Positions 20,639 to 30,110 of a DNA stretch of 64,000 nucleotides are shown here, piece by piece. The position numbers were made by a program, and so were the translations under genes. The stretch's first letter is position 1. Each line of letters opens with the position of its first letter. A model generated the notes under the pieces. It was given only the letters and a program-made list of their open reading frames with translations. It had not been told where the DNA came from and ran no database searches. The stretch spans positions 1-64,000 of the forward strand of contig JAYTOU010000086.1 in NCBI GenBank assembly GCA_043747615.1, given 5' to 3'. This DNA comes from Myxococcales bacterium (lineage in GTDB: Bacteria > Myxococcota_A > Polyangia > Polyangiales > Polyangiaceae).

Positions 20639-20644
20639 GTCTAA

Positions 20645-22573
20645 GTGATTCTCGCTGGCCTTCCGTTTGCGACGCTCGCAGCGATCTTCGGGATCGCCGG
20701 CGCGCTCGTCGTCGGGCTCTACATCCTGAAGTTGAGGCGGCGAACGATCGCCATTCCGTTCTCCCCGCTGTGGCAGCGCATCTTGAAGGACAAAGAGGCG
20801 ACGAGCCTCTTCTCCAAGTTGAAGCGGCTGCTCTCGCTGCTCCTGCAGCTCCTTCTTCTCCTCCTCTTGGTCCTCGCGCTCGGGGATCCGCGCGCCGCGG
20901 CGACGCTCATCAAAGGGCGAAGCCTTGTCGTCCTCGTGGACGCCAGCGCGTCGATGCAGGCCACGGACGTTGCGCCGAACCGCCTGGGGGTCGCCAAAGA
21001 CGAAGTGAAGACGCTGATCCGCGGCCTGGGAGGCGCCGACCGCATGCTCATCGCGCAGATGGACGCCATGGTCACGCCGCTTGGTCCGATGAGCGGAGAC
21101 ACCTCGGAGCTCGAACGCACGCTCGATCAGGTGAAGCCCACGGATACACGAGCTGATTTTCCGCGCGCTCTGCGCTTCGCGTCCGATTCGCTGCGCGGGA
21201 TCGACAACGCCGAGATCGTGGTCGTGTCGGATGGAAATCTGGGGCCGCCGTCGGACGCCCAGGGCCCGGTGCGACTCGGTGACACGAAGATCGCGTACGT
21301 CTCGGTGGGCAAAGGAAAACGCAACGTCGCGGTGACGCAGTTCTCGGTGCGCCGCTACCCGCTCGACAAGAGCCGCTACGAGGTAATGCTCGAGGTGACG
21401 AACACCGGCCCCGAGCAAGAGGACATCGAGCTCACGCTCCTCGGAGACGGACAGCTCGTCGATCTCAGCAAGCTGCGTTTGAAGCCGGGAGAGCGGCTTC
21501 CCCGCTTTTACCCGAACCTCTCGGGCGCGAGCCGCACTCTCGAAGCGAAGATCGCCCCGCTCGACGGCTCGCACGACGATCTGCCAGTGGACGATCACGC
21601 GTACGCGCTTCTCCCGGAGCGGCGGCGCGCGAAGGTGCTCGTCGTGTCGGATGGAAACACGTACCTCGAAGCCGCGCTGCTCCTCGACGAGTACCTCGAG
21701 GTGACCCAGGTCGCGCCCGCCGATTACCTGAAAAAGGTGGGAGGTGCGCCGTACGATGTCGTCGTCTTCGACCGCGTCACGCCGGCTCAACCCCCGCGCG
21801 CCAATGCACTCTACATTGATCCGCGTGGCCCGGGTTCGCCGGTGAAAGTGGAAGGGGAGCTCGCGCAGCCCGGCTTCGACAAGCTCGATCGCAAGCACCC
21901 CGTCGTACGTTTCACGGCGCTCGACGACGTGAACATCGCGCGTGGCCACAAGCTGGTTCCCGAGCCGGGGGACAAAGTGGTGGGTGCTTCCGGGGGCGCG
22001 CCTATCCTCATCGCCGGAAGCCGTGGCGGCTTCAAGTTCGTGGCCTTGGGCTTCGACGTGCGCGACAGCGATCTTCCGCTCCGCGTGGCGTGGCCGCTCT
22101 TTCTGCTCAACAGCGTCAACTGGTTCACCGACGAAGACGCAAGCTACCTGTCGAGCTTTCGCACGGGCGACGTCTGGCGCGTACCGGTGACCACCGACGG
22201 CACGCAGGCCTCGCTCAAGGTGCCCGGAGGAACGACCGAGCGCGTCCCGGTGCACGAAGGACGCGCCGTGTATCTGGGGGAGCGCGCAGGATTCTACGAG
22301 CTCACGGCCACGCCGAAGGCGACCACCGCGGAGGCGCACGCCCCGAAAAAAGACGATTCCACAGCGACCACCGCTTTCGCGGCGAATTTGCTCGACGCCG
22401 AAGAGAGCACGATTTCTCCCGCTCCGGAGCTCACCGTGGATGGCAAGCGCGCCGGGGCGGTCGAGGGCTTCCACGTCGGCGTGCGTCGCGAGATCTGGAT
22501 CTACCTGCTCATCGCCATCGTCCTCATCAGCGCGCTCGAGTGGGCCACCTATCACCGGAGGCTCACGGTATGA
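20645..22573 (+). CDS. BatA N-terminal and vWA domain membrane protein
   Basis: LYILKLRRR...FSPLW (BatA-like), MIDAS DASASM, VVSDG, C-terminal TM ending LEW. Confidence 0.88.
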   Translation: MILAGLPFATLAAIFGIAGALVVGLYILKLRRRTIAIPFSPLWQRILKDKEATSLFSKLKRLLSLLLQLLLLLLLVLALGDPRAAATLIKGRSLVVLVDASASMQATDVAPNRLGVAKDEVKTLIRGLGGADRMLIAQMDAMVTPLGPMSGDTSELERTLDQVKPTDTRADFPRALRFASDSLRGIDNAEIVVVSDGNLGPPSDAQGPVRLGDTKIAYVSVGKGKRNVAVTQFSVRRYPLDKSRYEVMLEVTNTGPEQEDIELTLLGDGQLVDLSKLRLKPGERLPRFYPNLSGASRTLEAKIAPLDGSHDDLPVDDHAYALLPERRRAKVLVVSDGNTYLEAALLLDEYLEVTQVAPADYLKKVGGAPYDVVVFDRVTPAQPPRANALYIDPRGPGSPVKVEGELAQPGFDKLDRKHPVVRFTALDDVNIARGHKLVPEPGDKVVGASGGAPILIAGSRGGFKFVALGFDVRDSDLPLRVAWPLFLLNSVNWFTDEDASYLSSFRTGDVWRVPVTTDGTQASLKVPGGTTERVPVHEGRAVYLGERAGFYELTATPKATTAEAHAPKKDDSTATTAFAANLLDAEESTISPAPELTVDGKRAGAVEGFHVGVRREIWIYLLIAIVLISALEWATYHRRLTV

Positions 22574-25398
22574 CGGGCGAGCTGCTACGGCCTGGGCGGC
22601 CCCTGTTGAAGCGGATTGCGTTCGGCGCGCTCGTCCTCCTCGTTGGCGGGGTCGGGCTCTACCTCTATCTCCATTACGTCTGGTACGCGGGGCCTACGCT
22701 GGCCTGGAAGCGCGGAGGCCAGACGTACGAGCTCCTCGCGCCGCGCATGCTCGGGATCGCTCTCCTTGCGCCCTATTTTTTGTGGATGATCGGGAGATCA
22801 CTGGCCGACCTGCCGCTCTTCCAGCGCATCCTGTCGGTGCTCCTGCGGATGGCGTTCGTGGCCGTGCTCGCGCTCGGTCTCGCCCGCTTGGCGCGGACGG
22901 CGACCACCCAGAAAGTGTGCACTGTCTACCTGGTCGACGTCTCGGAGTCGGTGCCCGACGCCGCCCTCGAGGACGCGAAGGCGGAAATTCAGAAGGGGCT
23001 CGACGCCCGCCCCGAAGACGCGCTGATCAAGGTGATCACCTTTGCGCGTCGCCCCCGAGCGATCGTGATTTCCGACGACGCGAAGACGGCGCCCGCTCTG
23101 GAGAGGCATGAAATCCTTGATCCCAAGGGCGCTTCGGCGGGCAAAGCCAAGGTGGGGCAAGGCGCGGCGACCGACATCGCGAGCGCTCTTCAGCTCGCCT
23201 ACGGATTGTATCCCTCGGGCTACTTGCGGCGCGCCGTGATCCTCTCGGACGGCGTGCAAACGGACGGGGACGTGCTCGCGGAGGCGAACCGGGCACGCGA
23301 GTTCGGAGTGAAGGTCTTCAGCGTTCCGTACCACCGGCCCGTCCCCGGCGAAGTCGCGGTGCGCGAGCTCCGTGCCCCCGACAAGATTCGCGTCGGTGAG
23401 CCGTTCCTGCTCCATGCCGATATTTTTTCCAGCCGGCCGCAGACGGTGAAGGCCGTCCTGAAGCAAGGCGAGGCGATCAACGGGCTCGACGGCGTGCGCA
23501 GTATCGACCTCAAGGCCGGCGACAACGACGTCACCTTCAAGAGCGTCGTGCGGGTCGCGGGGGAGGTCACATACGCCCTCGATCTGTCGGATATTCCCGA
23601 GGATCGCTTCAAGGAGAACAACCGCTACGCCGTGACCGCCGCGGTCCCCGGGAGGCCGTCGGTTCTCTACGTCGAGGGGAACACCGGCCGAGCGACCTAC
23701 CTCGCGAGCGCGCTCTCCGCTCAGGAATTCGACGTCGACGTGCGCGGTCCCCGTGAGCTTCCTTCGAGCTTGCGCGAGCTCGAACGCTACGACTTCGTGA
23801 TCCTCTCCGATGCTCCCGCCGACGCGGTATCGCTCACCCAGCAAGACGCGATCGAGGGTTACGTTCGCGATCTGGGCGGCGGATTTCTCTTTGCGGGGGG
23901 AGAGAGTGGCTACGGTCTCGGCGGTTGGTACCACACCACGGTCGAGCGCATTTTGCCGGTCCGCATGGACTCCGAGAAACGGCGCGATGAGCCGGGCGTA
24001 GCCATGGTCCTCGTGATCGATCGCTCCGGATCGATGAGCGGGCTACCTCTCGAGATGGCCAAGGCCGCCGCGAAAGCCACCGCCGACACCCTTGCAAGCG
24101 AGGATCTCCTGGAGGTCATCGCCTTCGATTCCCAACCGACGCGCATCGTGAAGATGACCGCCGCCAAGCACCGGGCCCGCATCCAGACGGACATCGCGCG
24201 CATCCAGCCGGGAGGTGGAACCGAAATTTTCAGCGCTCTCGACGCCGCGTATCAGACGCTGACGGTGACCCGCGCCCGCAAGAAGCACGTCATCTTGCTG
24301 ACGGACGGCCAGGCGCCGCAGAACGGCATTCGCGATCTCGTGCAGGCCATGACCGCCGAGGGAATGACCGTGTCTTCGGTCGGGCTCGGGGGCGGCGTCG
24401 ACCAGAGCCTCCTGCGGATGATCTCGGATCTCGGCGGCGGCCGCTTCTACAACGTGCTCGATCCCGCGTCGCTGCCTCGCGTTTTTACGCGCGAAACCGA
24501 GTTGGTCTCGCGCTCGGCCGCAGTCGAAGAATATTTTCAGCCGAAGGTTGTCTCGCCCGCCGACTTCTTGCGCGGAATCGACGTGAACGCGGCTCCCTTC
24601 CTGCACGGTTACGTGGCAACGAAAATGAAACCGCCACCGGCGCAGGAGATCCTGGAGTCGGAGCTGGGGGAGCCCATCCTCGCGCGCTGGCATGTCGGGC
24701 TCGGTTGGTCGCTGGCGTGGACGAGCGACGTGAAGAATTTGTGGGCCGTCGAGTGGGTTCGGTGGCCCGGCTACGGGCAGTTCTGGGGGCAGCTCGTGCG
24801 CGAGCACATGCGCCAGAAAAAGCGTCAGGCGCTCGACATGCGCGCGGAGATCGATCCCGCCACCGGCCACGTGAAAGCCTCGATCGATGCCGTCGGCGGT
24901 GACGACAAATTCCAGAACGGCCTAGACGCACGGTTCGAGATCTCTGGGCCCCAACCCGGTGGAGAGACGAAGCGCATGCCGATGCGGCAGACCGCGCCCG
25001 GTCGTTACGAGGCTGATTTTCCTCTCGATCGTTACGGTTCTTTCCTGCTCCATGCAGCGCTCGAAAAATCGCCAGATGACGGGAAGGGCGGTAAGCCCGT
25101 CGCCGTTGCCGAGAGCTTTGGTCACGTGACGAACCCGTACCCGCGGGAGTACTTGGCACTCGCGCCGGACACGGGAACGCTCGCCCGCGCCGCGGAGGTC
25201 ACCGGGGGCAGCCTCAATCCGGCGGCGAAGGCGGTCTTCGATCCGGCAGGAGAGACCATCAGCTACCACCAGGATCTCTGGTCCCGCTTCATCGGCGCCG
25301 CGATCGTCATCTTCCTCATCGACCTCTTCCTTCGCCGGATCCGCCTCTTCGATCGCAAGAAAACCGTCCGCGCAAGTTTCGCCAAGTCCGCCACTTGA
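22570..25398 (+). CDS. Double vWA domain and glutamine-amidotransferase-like membrane protein
   Basis: MIDAS motifs DVSES and DRSGSM, LSDG and LTDG, YDFVILSD...GGGFLFAGG, C-terminal TM; ATGA overlap with the upstream gene. Confidence 0.88.
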   Translation: MTGELLRPGRPLLKRIAFGALVLLVGGVGLYLYLHYVWYAGPTLAWKRGGQTYELLAPRMLGIALLAPYFLWMIGRSLADLPLFQRILSVLLRMAFVAVLALGLARLARTATTQKVCTVYLVDVSESVPDAALEDAKAEIQKGLDARPEDALIKVITFARRPRAIVISDDAKTAPALERHEILDPKGASAGKAKVGQGAATDIASALQLAYGLYPSGYLRRAVILSDGVQTDGDVLAEANRAREFGVKVFSVPYHRPVPGEVAVRELRAPDKIRVGEPFLLHADIFSSRPQTVKAVLKQGEAINGLDGVRSIDLKAGDNDVTFKSVVRVAGEVTYALDLSDIPEDRFKENNRYAVTAAVPGRPSVLYVEGNTGRATYLASALSAQEFDVDVRGPRELPSSLRELERYDFVILSDAPADAVSLTQQDAIEGYVRDLGGGFLFAGGESGYGLGGWYHTTVERILPVRMDSEKRRDEPGVAMVLVIDRSGSMSGLPLEMAKAAAKATADTLASEDLLEVIAFDSQPTRIVKMTAAKHRARIQTDIARIQPGGGTEIFSALDAAYQTLTVTRARKKHVILLTDGQAPQNGIRDLVQAMTAEGMTVSSVGLGGGVDQSLLRMISDLGGGRFYNVLDPASLPRVFTRETELVSRSAAVEEYFQPKVVSPADFLRGIDVNAAPFLHGYVATKMKPPPAQEILESELGEPILARWHVGLGWSLAWTSDVKNLWAVEWVRWPGYGQFWGQLVREHMRQKKRQALDMRAEIDPATGHVKASIDAVGGDDKFQNGLDARFEISGPQPGGETKRMPMRQTAPGRYEADFPLDRYGSFLLHAALEKSPDDGKGGKPVAVAESFGHVTNPYPREYLALAPDTGTLARAAEVTGGSLNPAAKAVFDPAGETISYHQDLWSRFIGAAIVIFLIDLFLRRIRLFDRKKTVRASFAKSAT

Positions 25399-25489
25399 CC
25401 AACTGCAATCCGTGGACGTGGCAACAACGCGCGAACAACCCACGGCGAGCCTGACGGCAACTCGATCTTGTGTGGTAGAGATTTGGGCA

Positions 25490-26881
25490 ATGGCCGACCA
25501 AGACCCCGCCCTCGCCGCGCCGATTGAATCGAAAGACGATCTGCTTTTCATTTTTCGCGACGCAGAAAAGCCCGTCGATCAATTTCGCATTGGCGCCGAG
25601 ATGGAAAAGCCCGGCGTGTTCACGGGCAGCGCGGCGCCGCTCCCTTACGAAGGGGAGAAGAGTGTCTTGCGCGTCCTCGAAGAGCTCGAGACGAACCACG
25701 GATGGAAGGCCGATCGGGAAACCGTCGGTGGGCCGCTCATCGCGCTCCTTCGCAAGCAGGCTTCGGTGACCCTCGAGCCGGGCGGGCAGCTCGAGCTGAG
25801 TGGCGCGCCGATGTTCACCGTGCACGAAGTTTGCGCGGAATTTCGCGAGCACATGACGGAGCTCAAAGCGATCTCCGACAAGCTCGGACTTGTCTGGCTG
25901 GGGATCGGCTTTCATCCCTTCGCCGCTCGCGCTGATCTCCCGTGGGTCCCGAAGAGCCGCTACAAGATCATGCGCGAGTACCTCCCCACGCGCGGCGCTC
26001 ACGCCGTCGACATGATGCTTCGCACGTCCACCGTGCAGGCCAACTATGACTACGCGAACGAAGCCGACGCGATGCAGAAGATGCGCGTCTCGCTCAAGCT
26101 CTCGCCGCTCACCACCTCGATTTTTGCGAACAGCCCGTGGGTGGAAGGCGCTCCTCACGGCGGCGTCAGCTACCGTGCAAAAGTGTGGCTCGACGTCGAC
26201 CCGGATCGAAGCGGTCTCGTCGAGCCGCTGTGGCGAGCGGGCGCGGGCTACGCGGACTACGCGGAGTGGGCGCTCGACGTACCGATGTTCCTGGTGAAAC
26301 GCGACGGAAAGATCCTCCCCAACACCGGGCAAACATTCCGCAGCTTCTGGAAAGACGGCTTCGAAGGAATGAAGCCGAATCAGGGCGATTGGCAGATGCA
26401 CCTGAACACCCTCTTTCCCGAGGTGCGCTTGAAGCGGACCATCGAAGTCCGCGGCGCCGACGCACAGTGCGCGCGCTTGGCCTGTGCGCTCCCTGCGTTG
26501 TGGACGGGCATCTTCTACGATCAAGTCTCACTCGACGAAGCCGACGCAATGACCAAGGACTGGAAGTTCGCGGAAGTGAACGCCACCCGAAGCTCGCTCT
26601 GGCAGAGCGGATTGAAGACGAAATTCCGCGGCAAATCGTTCCGTGATCTGGCGGTCGAGCTGCTCGAGATCTCGGAGCGTGGTCTCGCGCGGCGCGCGCG
26701 TCTGAGCCCGAACGGGAAGGACGAGCGCGTCCACCTCGTGCCTCTGAAGGAACTCGTCCTCGCCGGCAAGACGCCGGCGGATTTCTTGCTCGAGCAGGTC
26801 GATCCGAAGAAAAATCTGCGCACGCAAATCCTTGAGCTGACCAACCTCGAGCGCCCGCTCAATCCTCCGCGGGCCGACTAG
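25490..26881 (+). CDS. gshA: Glutamate--cysteine ligase (GCS2, plant/alphaproteobacterial type)
   Basis: RIGAEMEK, VTLEPGGQLELSGAP, PKSRY, MMLRTSTVQANYD, FANSP, HLNTLFPEVRLK, EVRGAD. Confidence 0.93.
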   Translation: MADQDPALAAPIESKDDLLFIFRDAEKPVDQFRIGAEMEKPGVFTGSAAPLPYEGEKSVLRVLEELETNHGWKADRETVGGPLIALLRKQASVTLEPGGQLELSGAPMFTVHEVCAEFREHMTELKAISDKLGLVWLGIGFHPFAARADLPWVPKSRYKIMREYLPTRGAHAVDMMLRTSTVQANYDYANEADAMQKMRVSLKLSPLTTSIFANSPWVEGAPHGGVSYRAKVWLDVDPDRSGLVEPLWRAGAGYADYAEWALDVPMFLVKRDGKILPNTGQTFRSFWKDGFEGMKPNQGDWQMHLNTLFPEVRLKRTIEVRGADAQCARLACALPALWTGIFYDQVSLDEADAMTKDWKFAEVNATRSSLWQSGLKTKFRGKSFRDLAVELLEISERGLARRARLSPNGKDERVHLVPLKELVLAGKTPADFLLEQVDPKKNLRTQILELTNLERPLNPPRAD

Positions 26882-27521
26882 GCTTCGGTGCAGGCAGGAC
26901 GGAGCGCGCGGCTTGTATGAAGTCGCGAACGCGCGAGAGGTCCTTTTTCCGAGGGGATCCGGCTTCGACGCCGCTCGCGACATCGACGGCGAAAGGGCGA
27001 ACCGCCCAAACGGCGGCAGCCACATTTTCCGGCGTTAGTCCTCCGGCTAGCGTGAGACGCCGCGCGGTTGCGAGATCGCGGACCAGATCCCAATCGAAGA
27101 CACGGCCGGTGCCGCCGAGCGCGCCTTCCACATTCGCATCTACCAGAATGTACTCGCCAGGATAAAGCCCCGCGCGCGCCACGTCCCATTCGCCACCGAT
27201 GCGTAGCGCCTTGTACGCATGGGGAAGGAGCGCGGCGACCACCTCGGGCCGCTCATTGCCGTGGAGCTGGAGACATCCGAGCCCGGCTGCGTCCTTCAAC
27301 GCGCGCATCGCACCGAGCTCTAGATCGGCGACCACCCCCACGACGAGGGCTTGCGTTCCGACGGCGACGGAGATCGCGCGCGACGTCTCGACGCTCACGC
27401 ACCTCGAACTCGACGCAATGAAGTTCACGCCGATGGAGCTCGCTCCAGCTTCGACGCAAGCCAGCGCGTCCGCGACGCTGGTCACTCCGCAAATCTTTAC
27501 GTGCACCACGCCTGGAACCAC
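26859..27521 (-). CDS. trpF: Phosphoribosylanthranilate isomerase
   Basis: VKICGVT, QLHGNE, GGTGRVFDW, LAGGLTPENV, VDVASGVE; start may lie a few codons downstream. Confidence 0.95.
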   Translation of the reverse strand: MVPGVVHVKICGVTSVADALACVEAGASSIGVNFIASSSRCVSVETSRAISVAVGTQALVVGVVADLELGAMRALKDAAGLGCLQLHGNERPEVVAALLPHAYKALRIGGEWDVARAGLYPGEYILVDANVEGALGGTGRVFDWDLVRDLATARRLTLAGGLTPENVAAAVWAVRPFAVDVASGVEAGSPRKKDLSRVRDFIQAARSVLPAPKPSRPAED

Positions 27522-27546
27522 GCCTCACAACCTACAACGCTAGCGG

Positions 27547-27933
27547 TCACCCAGGCGGGATCTTGAGAAGCTCTTTCACCTTGGCGATGACCTGAGGCGC
27601 TTGGATCGGCTTCGTGATGTAGGCGTTGGCCCCGAGATCGATGGCCCGTTGGCGGTCTGCGACAGACCCTTCGGTGGTGATAATGATCACTGGCGTGTCT
27701 TTGTGCGCCGGGTCGGAGCGGACGCGCTTGACGAGCTTGAGCCCGTCCATGATCGGCATGTTGATGTCCGTGAGGATGATGTCGAACTTCTGGGCGGCGA
27801 GCTTTCGAAGTCCGTCGACGCCGTCGTCGGCCTCGGTCACTCGCAGGTTCTTGATGCGCGAGAGGGCATAGACGATGAGCTGCCTCATCATCGGAGAGTC
27901 CTCCACCACCAAGCACGAATACTCGACGCTCAT
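27547..27933 (-). CDS. CheY-like single-domain response regulator
   Basis: LVVEDS, TDINMPIMDG, IITTE, YITKP. Confidence 0.92.
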   Translation of the reverse strand: MSVEYSCLVVEDSPMMRQLIVYALSRIKNLRVTEADDGVDGLRKLAAQKFDIILTDINMPIMDGLKLVKRVRSDPAHKDTPVIIITTEGSVADRQRAIDLGANAYITKPIQAPQVIAKVKELLKIPPG

Positions 27934-27982
27934 CAAAAACCTCTCTCAACGCGCTCAGTCGCCGCGCAGGTCATCCAACGCG

Positions 27983-28855
27983 CTATACGCCCAAATTGTG
28001 AAGTGGTTCCAAACCGGGAAGCTTCCCGTCTGCATTGGCGAAGAGCAGCGCGCCCATGAGAGCGGTCGCCGCGTGGGCGCCGAGCATCTTGAAGAGCTCG
28101 AAATCGACGGCGACGAAATCTGCTTTTTGCTCGAGGAGTGAGTAGACCACGATGACGCCGACAACGCGATCGTCAATCCGCATGGGCACGCACGCCGCGG
28201 GGACGTCGTCGGTCTTCGTGCCTGCGTGGATGTAGGGAACGCCGGTCAGAAAAACGCGCTCGATGACGCCGGCCATCCCGGTTTCGGGGGTCTTCGAACC
28301 GACCGTGATTTTCGGTAGCTTGGTAAGGTCGACGCCGTCGCTCGCCACCGCGACCAGCTCTTTCTGTGAAGGATCGGCGACGTAGAACGAGTGCGCGCGC
28401 GCCCCCACGAGTTGCTGGAGGAGCTCCTTCAAATGCTGGACCACCGTCCGCAGCTTGAGCGTCGAGTGTAGCTGGTAGCTCGCGACGTAGAGGTTTGCCA
28501 GGTTCGCGATTTCGGTCTCCATCTCCTCGTACCGTGACGAGAAGCGCGTGGAGACAGCCTGCACCTCGGTCACGCGCGAGAAGAGGAGCTGCTTTTCCCG
28601 CTCGAGCTGCTCGATCTTCCGGAGAAGATCTCGGATCGCCTCGTCGCTCGCGAGCTGGGTGCGCAGCGCTGCGTTCTCATTTTCCACGTCGCCGAGATGC
28701 TTTCGCAGGCGATCGTTCTCGCGCACGAGCTCCTCTGTGAACTCCGCGCCCTTCTTGAAGAACGTGTGGACGAAGGTGTCCCTCTGCTCTTTGAGGTCCG
28801 CGCTCGCGTCGTCGGAGGAGGCCCGCGGTTTGGCCTCCTCTTTTTTCTCCGTCAT
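27983..28855 (-). CDS. Coiled-coil plus GAF domain protein with no output domain
   Basis: N-terminal heptads, NLYVASYQLHSTL, GAF-like ACVPMRIDDRVVGVIVVY...DFELFKMLGAHAATAL. Confidence 0.8.
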   Translation of the reverse strand: MTEKKEEAKPRASSDDASADLKEQRDTFVHTFFKKGAEFTEELVRENDRLRKHLGDVENENAALRTQLASDEAIRDLLRKIEQLEREKQLLFSRVTEVQAVSTRFSSRYEEMETEIANLANLYVASYQLHSTLKLRTVVQHLKELLQQLVGARAHSFYVADPSQKELVAVASDGVDLTKLPKITVGSKTPETGMAGVIERVFLTGVPYIHAGTKTDDVPAACVPMRIDDRVVGVIVVYSLLEQKADFVAVDFELFKMLGAHAATALMGALLFANADGKLPGLEPLHNLGV

Positions 28856-28868
28856 GCCCACTAACCTA

Positions 28869-29933
28869 TCACGGCGCGAGCGCTTTCAACCATTGCCCAA
28901 GCTCGCCCACCACGACCTTCCGCGAGCGCCGAAATGCAGGCAAATCGCGGCTCCCGGTGAGAAGCAAGGCGGCCCGAATCTCGGCTTCGACCGCTTCGAG
29001 AAAGATCACGGCCGCGGCGCGACCCCCCTCGTGGAGAGCCCTCAAGACAGGACGCGCAATGCCTCCGGCGGTCGCTCCGAGCGCCATGGCCCGTGCGATG
29101 TCGAGCCCGCCCGTGACCCCGCCGGTGGCAACGATGGTCTCGAAGCCGAGGGGTGCGAGGAGGCCGACGCTCGCCGCCGTAGGGATCCCCCAGTCCCACA
29201 GCGCTTCGCCGAGGACGCGTGCGTGCGACTCGTCTTGCTCGGCGGCGCGCTTCGTCTCCACTCCGACCCACGAGGTTCCTCCCGCTCCGGAGACGTCGAC
29301 GTGCTTTACGCCCACCGAGCGGAGCCTCGCTCCGAGCTGCGCGGAGATCCCGCAGCCCGTCTCTTTGACGATCACCGGCTTTTCGAGCTCCTTCACGAGT
29401 CGCGCGATGGTGTCGAGACCGCCCCGGAAATCGCGATCGCCCCCGGGCTGCACGAGCTCCATCGCCGGATTCAAATGGATGCAGAGTGCATCTGCACCCA
29501 CGCCGTCTACGAGCGCGGCGACCTCCGCGGTCGTCATCTCGCGGGCCTGGACCACACCGATATTTCCGAGGACGAGCGCCGTCGGAGCCACATCCCGCAC
29601 CCTGTAGGTCGCGCCTGCGCCGCGCACGTGCATGGCCCGCTGGCTGCCGAGGCCGAAGGCGAGACCCCGCTCCTCGGCGATCGATGCGAGCTCGCGGTTG
29701 ATCCGTCCTGCCTCGTCCGTCCCCCCGGTCATCGAGGCGATGACGATCGGAGCGCGCAGGCGCTTTCCGAAGAGCGCGAGGGAAGTGTCAATCTCCGCAA
29801 AGTCGAGGTCGGGGAGCGCGTCGTGAACCAGGCGCACGTCCTCGAGGAGCGTGGACACTTTGCGGAAACCGACGTCCTCCGTTGCGCAGAGTGTCAGGTG
29901 ATCCGACTTTCTATCGCCGATCCTACTGCTCAT
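28869..29933 (-). CDS. fni: Type 2 (FMN-dependent) isopentenyl-diphosphate isomerase
   Basis: RKSDHL, SMTGG, GSQR, HLNPAMELVQPGGD, VKETGCG, GAGGTSW, ATGG. Confidence 0.96.
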   Translation of the reverse strand: MSSRIGDRKSDHLTLCATEDVGFRKVSTLLEDVRLVHDALPDLDFAEIDTSLALFGKRLRAPIVIASMTGGTDEAGRINRELASIAEERGLAFGLGSQRAMHVRGAGATYRVRDVAPTALVLGNIGVVQAREMTTAEVAALVDGVGADALCIHLNPAMELVQPGGDRDFRGGLDTIARLVKELEKPVIVKETGCGISAQLGARLRSVGVKHVDVSGAGGTSWVGVETKRAAEQDESHARVLGEALWDWGIPTAASVGLLAPLGFETIVATGGVTGGLDIARAMALGATAGGIARPVLRALHEGGRAAAVIFLEAVEAEIRAALLLTGSRDLPAFRRSRKVVVGELGQWLKALAP

Positions 29934-30044
29934 CGAAGGTCCTCTACTTCGCTTTTAGAGTCGCGCCTTCATCATGTCCCTTTATATTTTTCAAAATAAC
30001 ATGAAACAATATGAAATTACAACGAATTGTCGGCAAAGAGAGCA

Positions 30045-30073
30045 TTGACACAGCCGTACCTCCTCCCTACGAT
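30045..30073 (+). promoter_or_regulatory. Sigma-70-type promoter of the mevalonate operon
   Basis: TTGACA (30045-50), 17-nt spacer, TACGAT (30068-73); preceded by an unusually AT-rich tract (about 29981-30030). Confidence 0.7.
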
Positions 30074-30110
30074 CCAACCACTCGACCGCTCGAAAGGACC
30101 GTTCGTTCAG

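Noticed and set aside
19631..22555. 974-aa minus-strand ORF, and similar long antisense ORFs such as 3197-4537, 16521-17816 and 29991-31634
   Set aside because: They lie opposite well-supported genes, have no recognisable motifs, and are the expected stop-poor shadow frames of high-GC coding DNA.
29991..30050. CarA/CarH (B12 photoreceptor) operator at the isoprenoid promoter
   Set aside because: The repeats are phased at 10 bp and do not match the 11-bp nAnnTnnACAn pattern; no crt genes are in the window.
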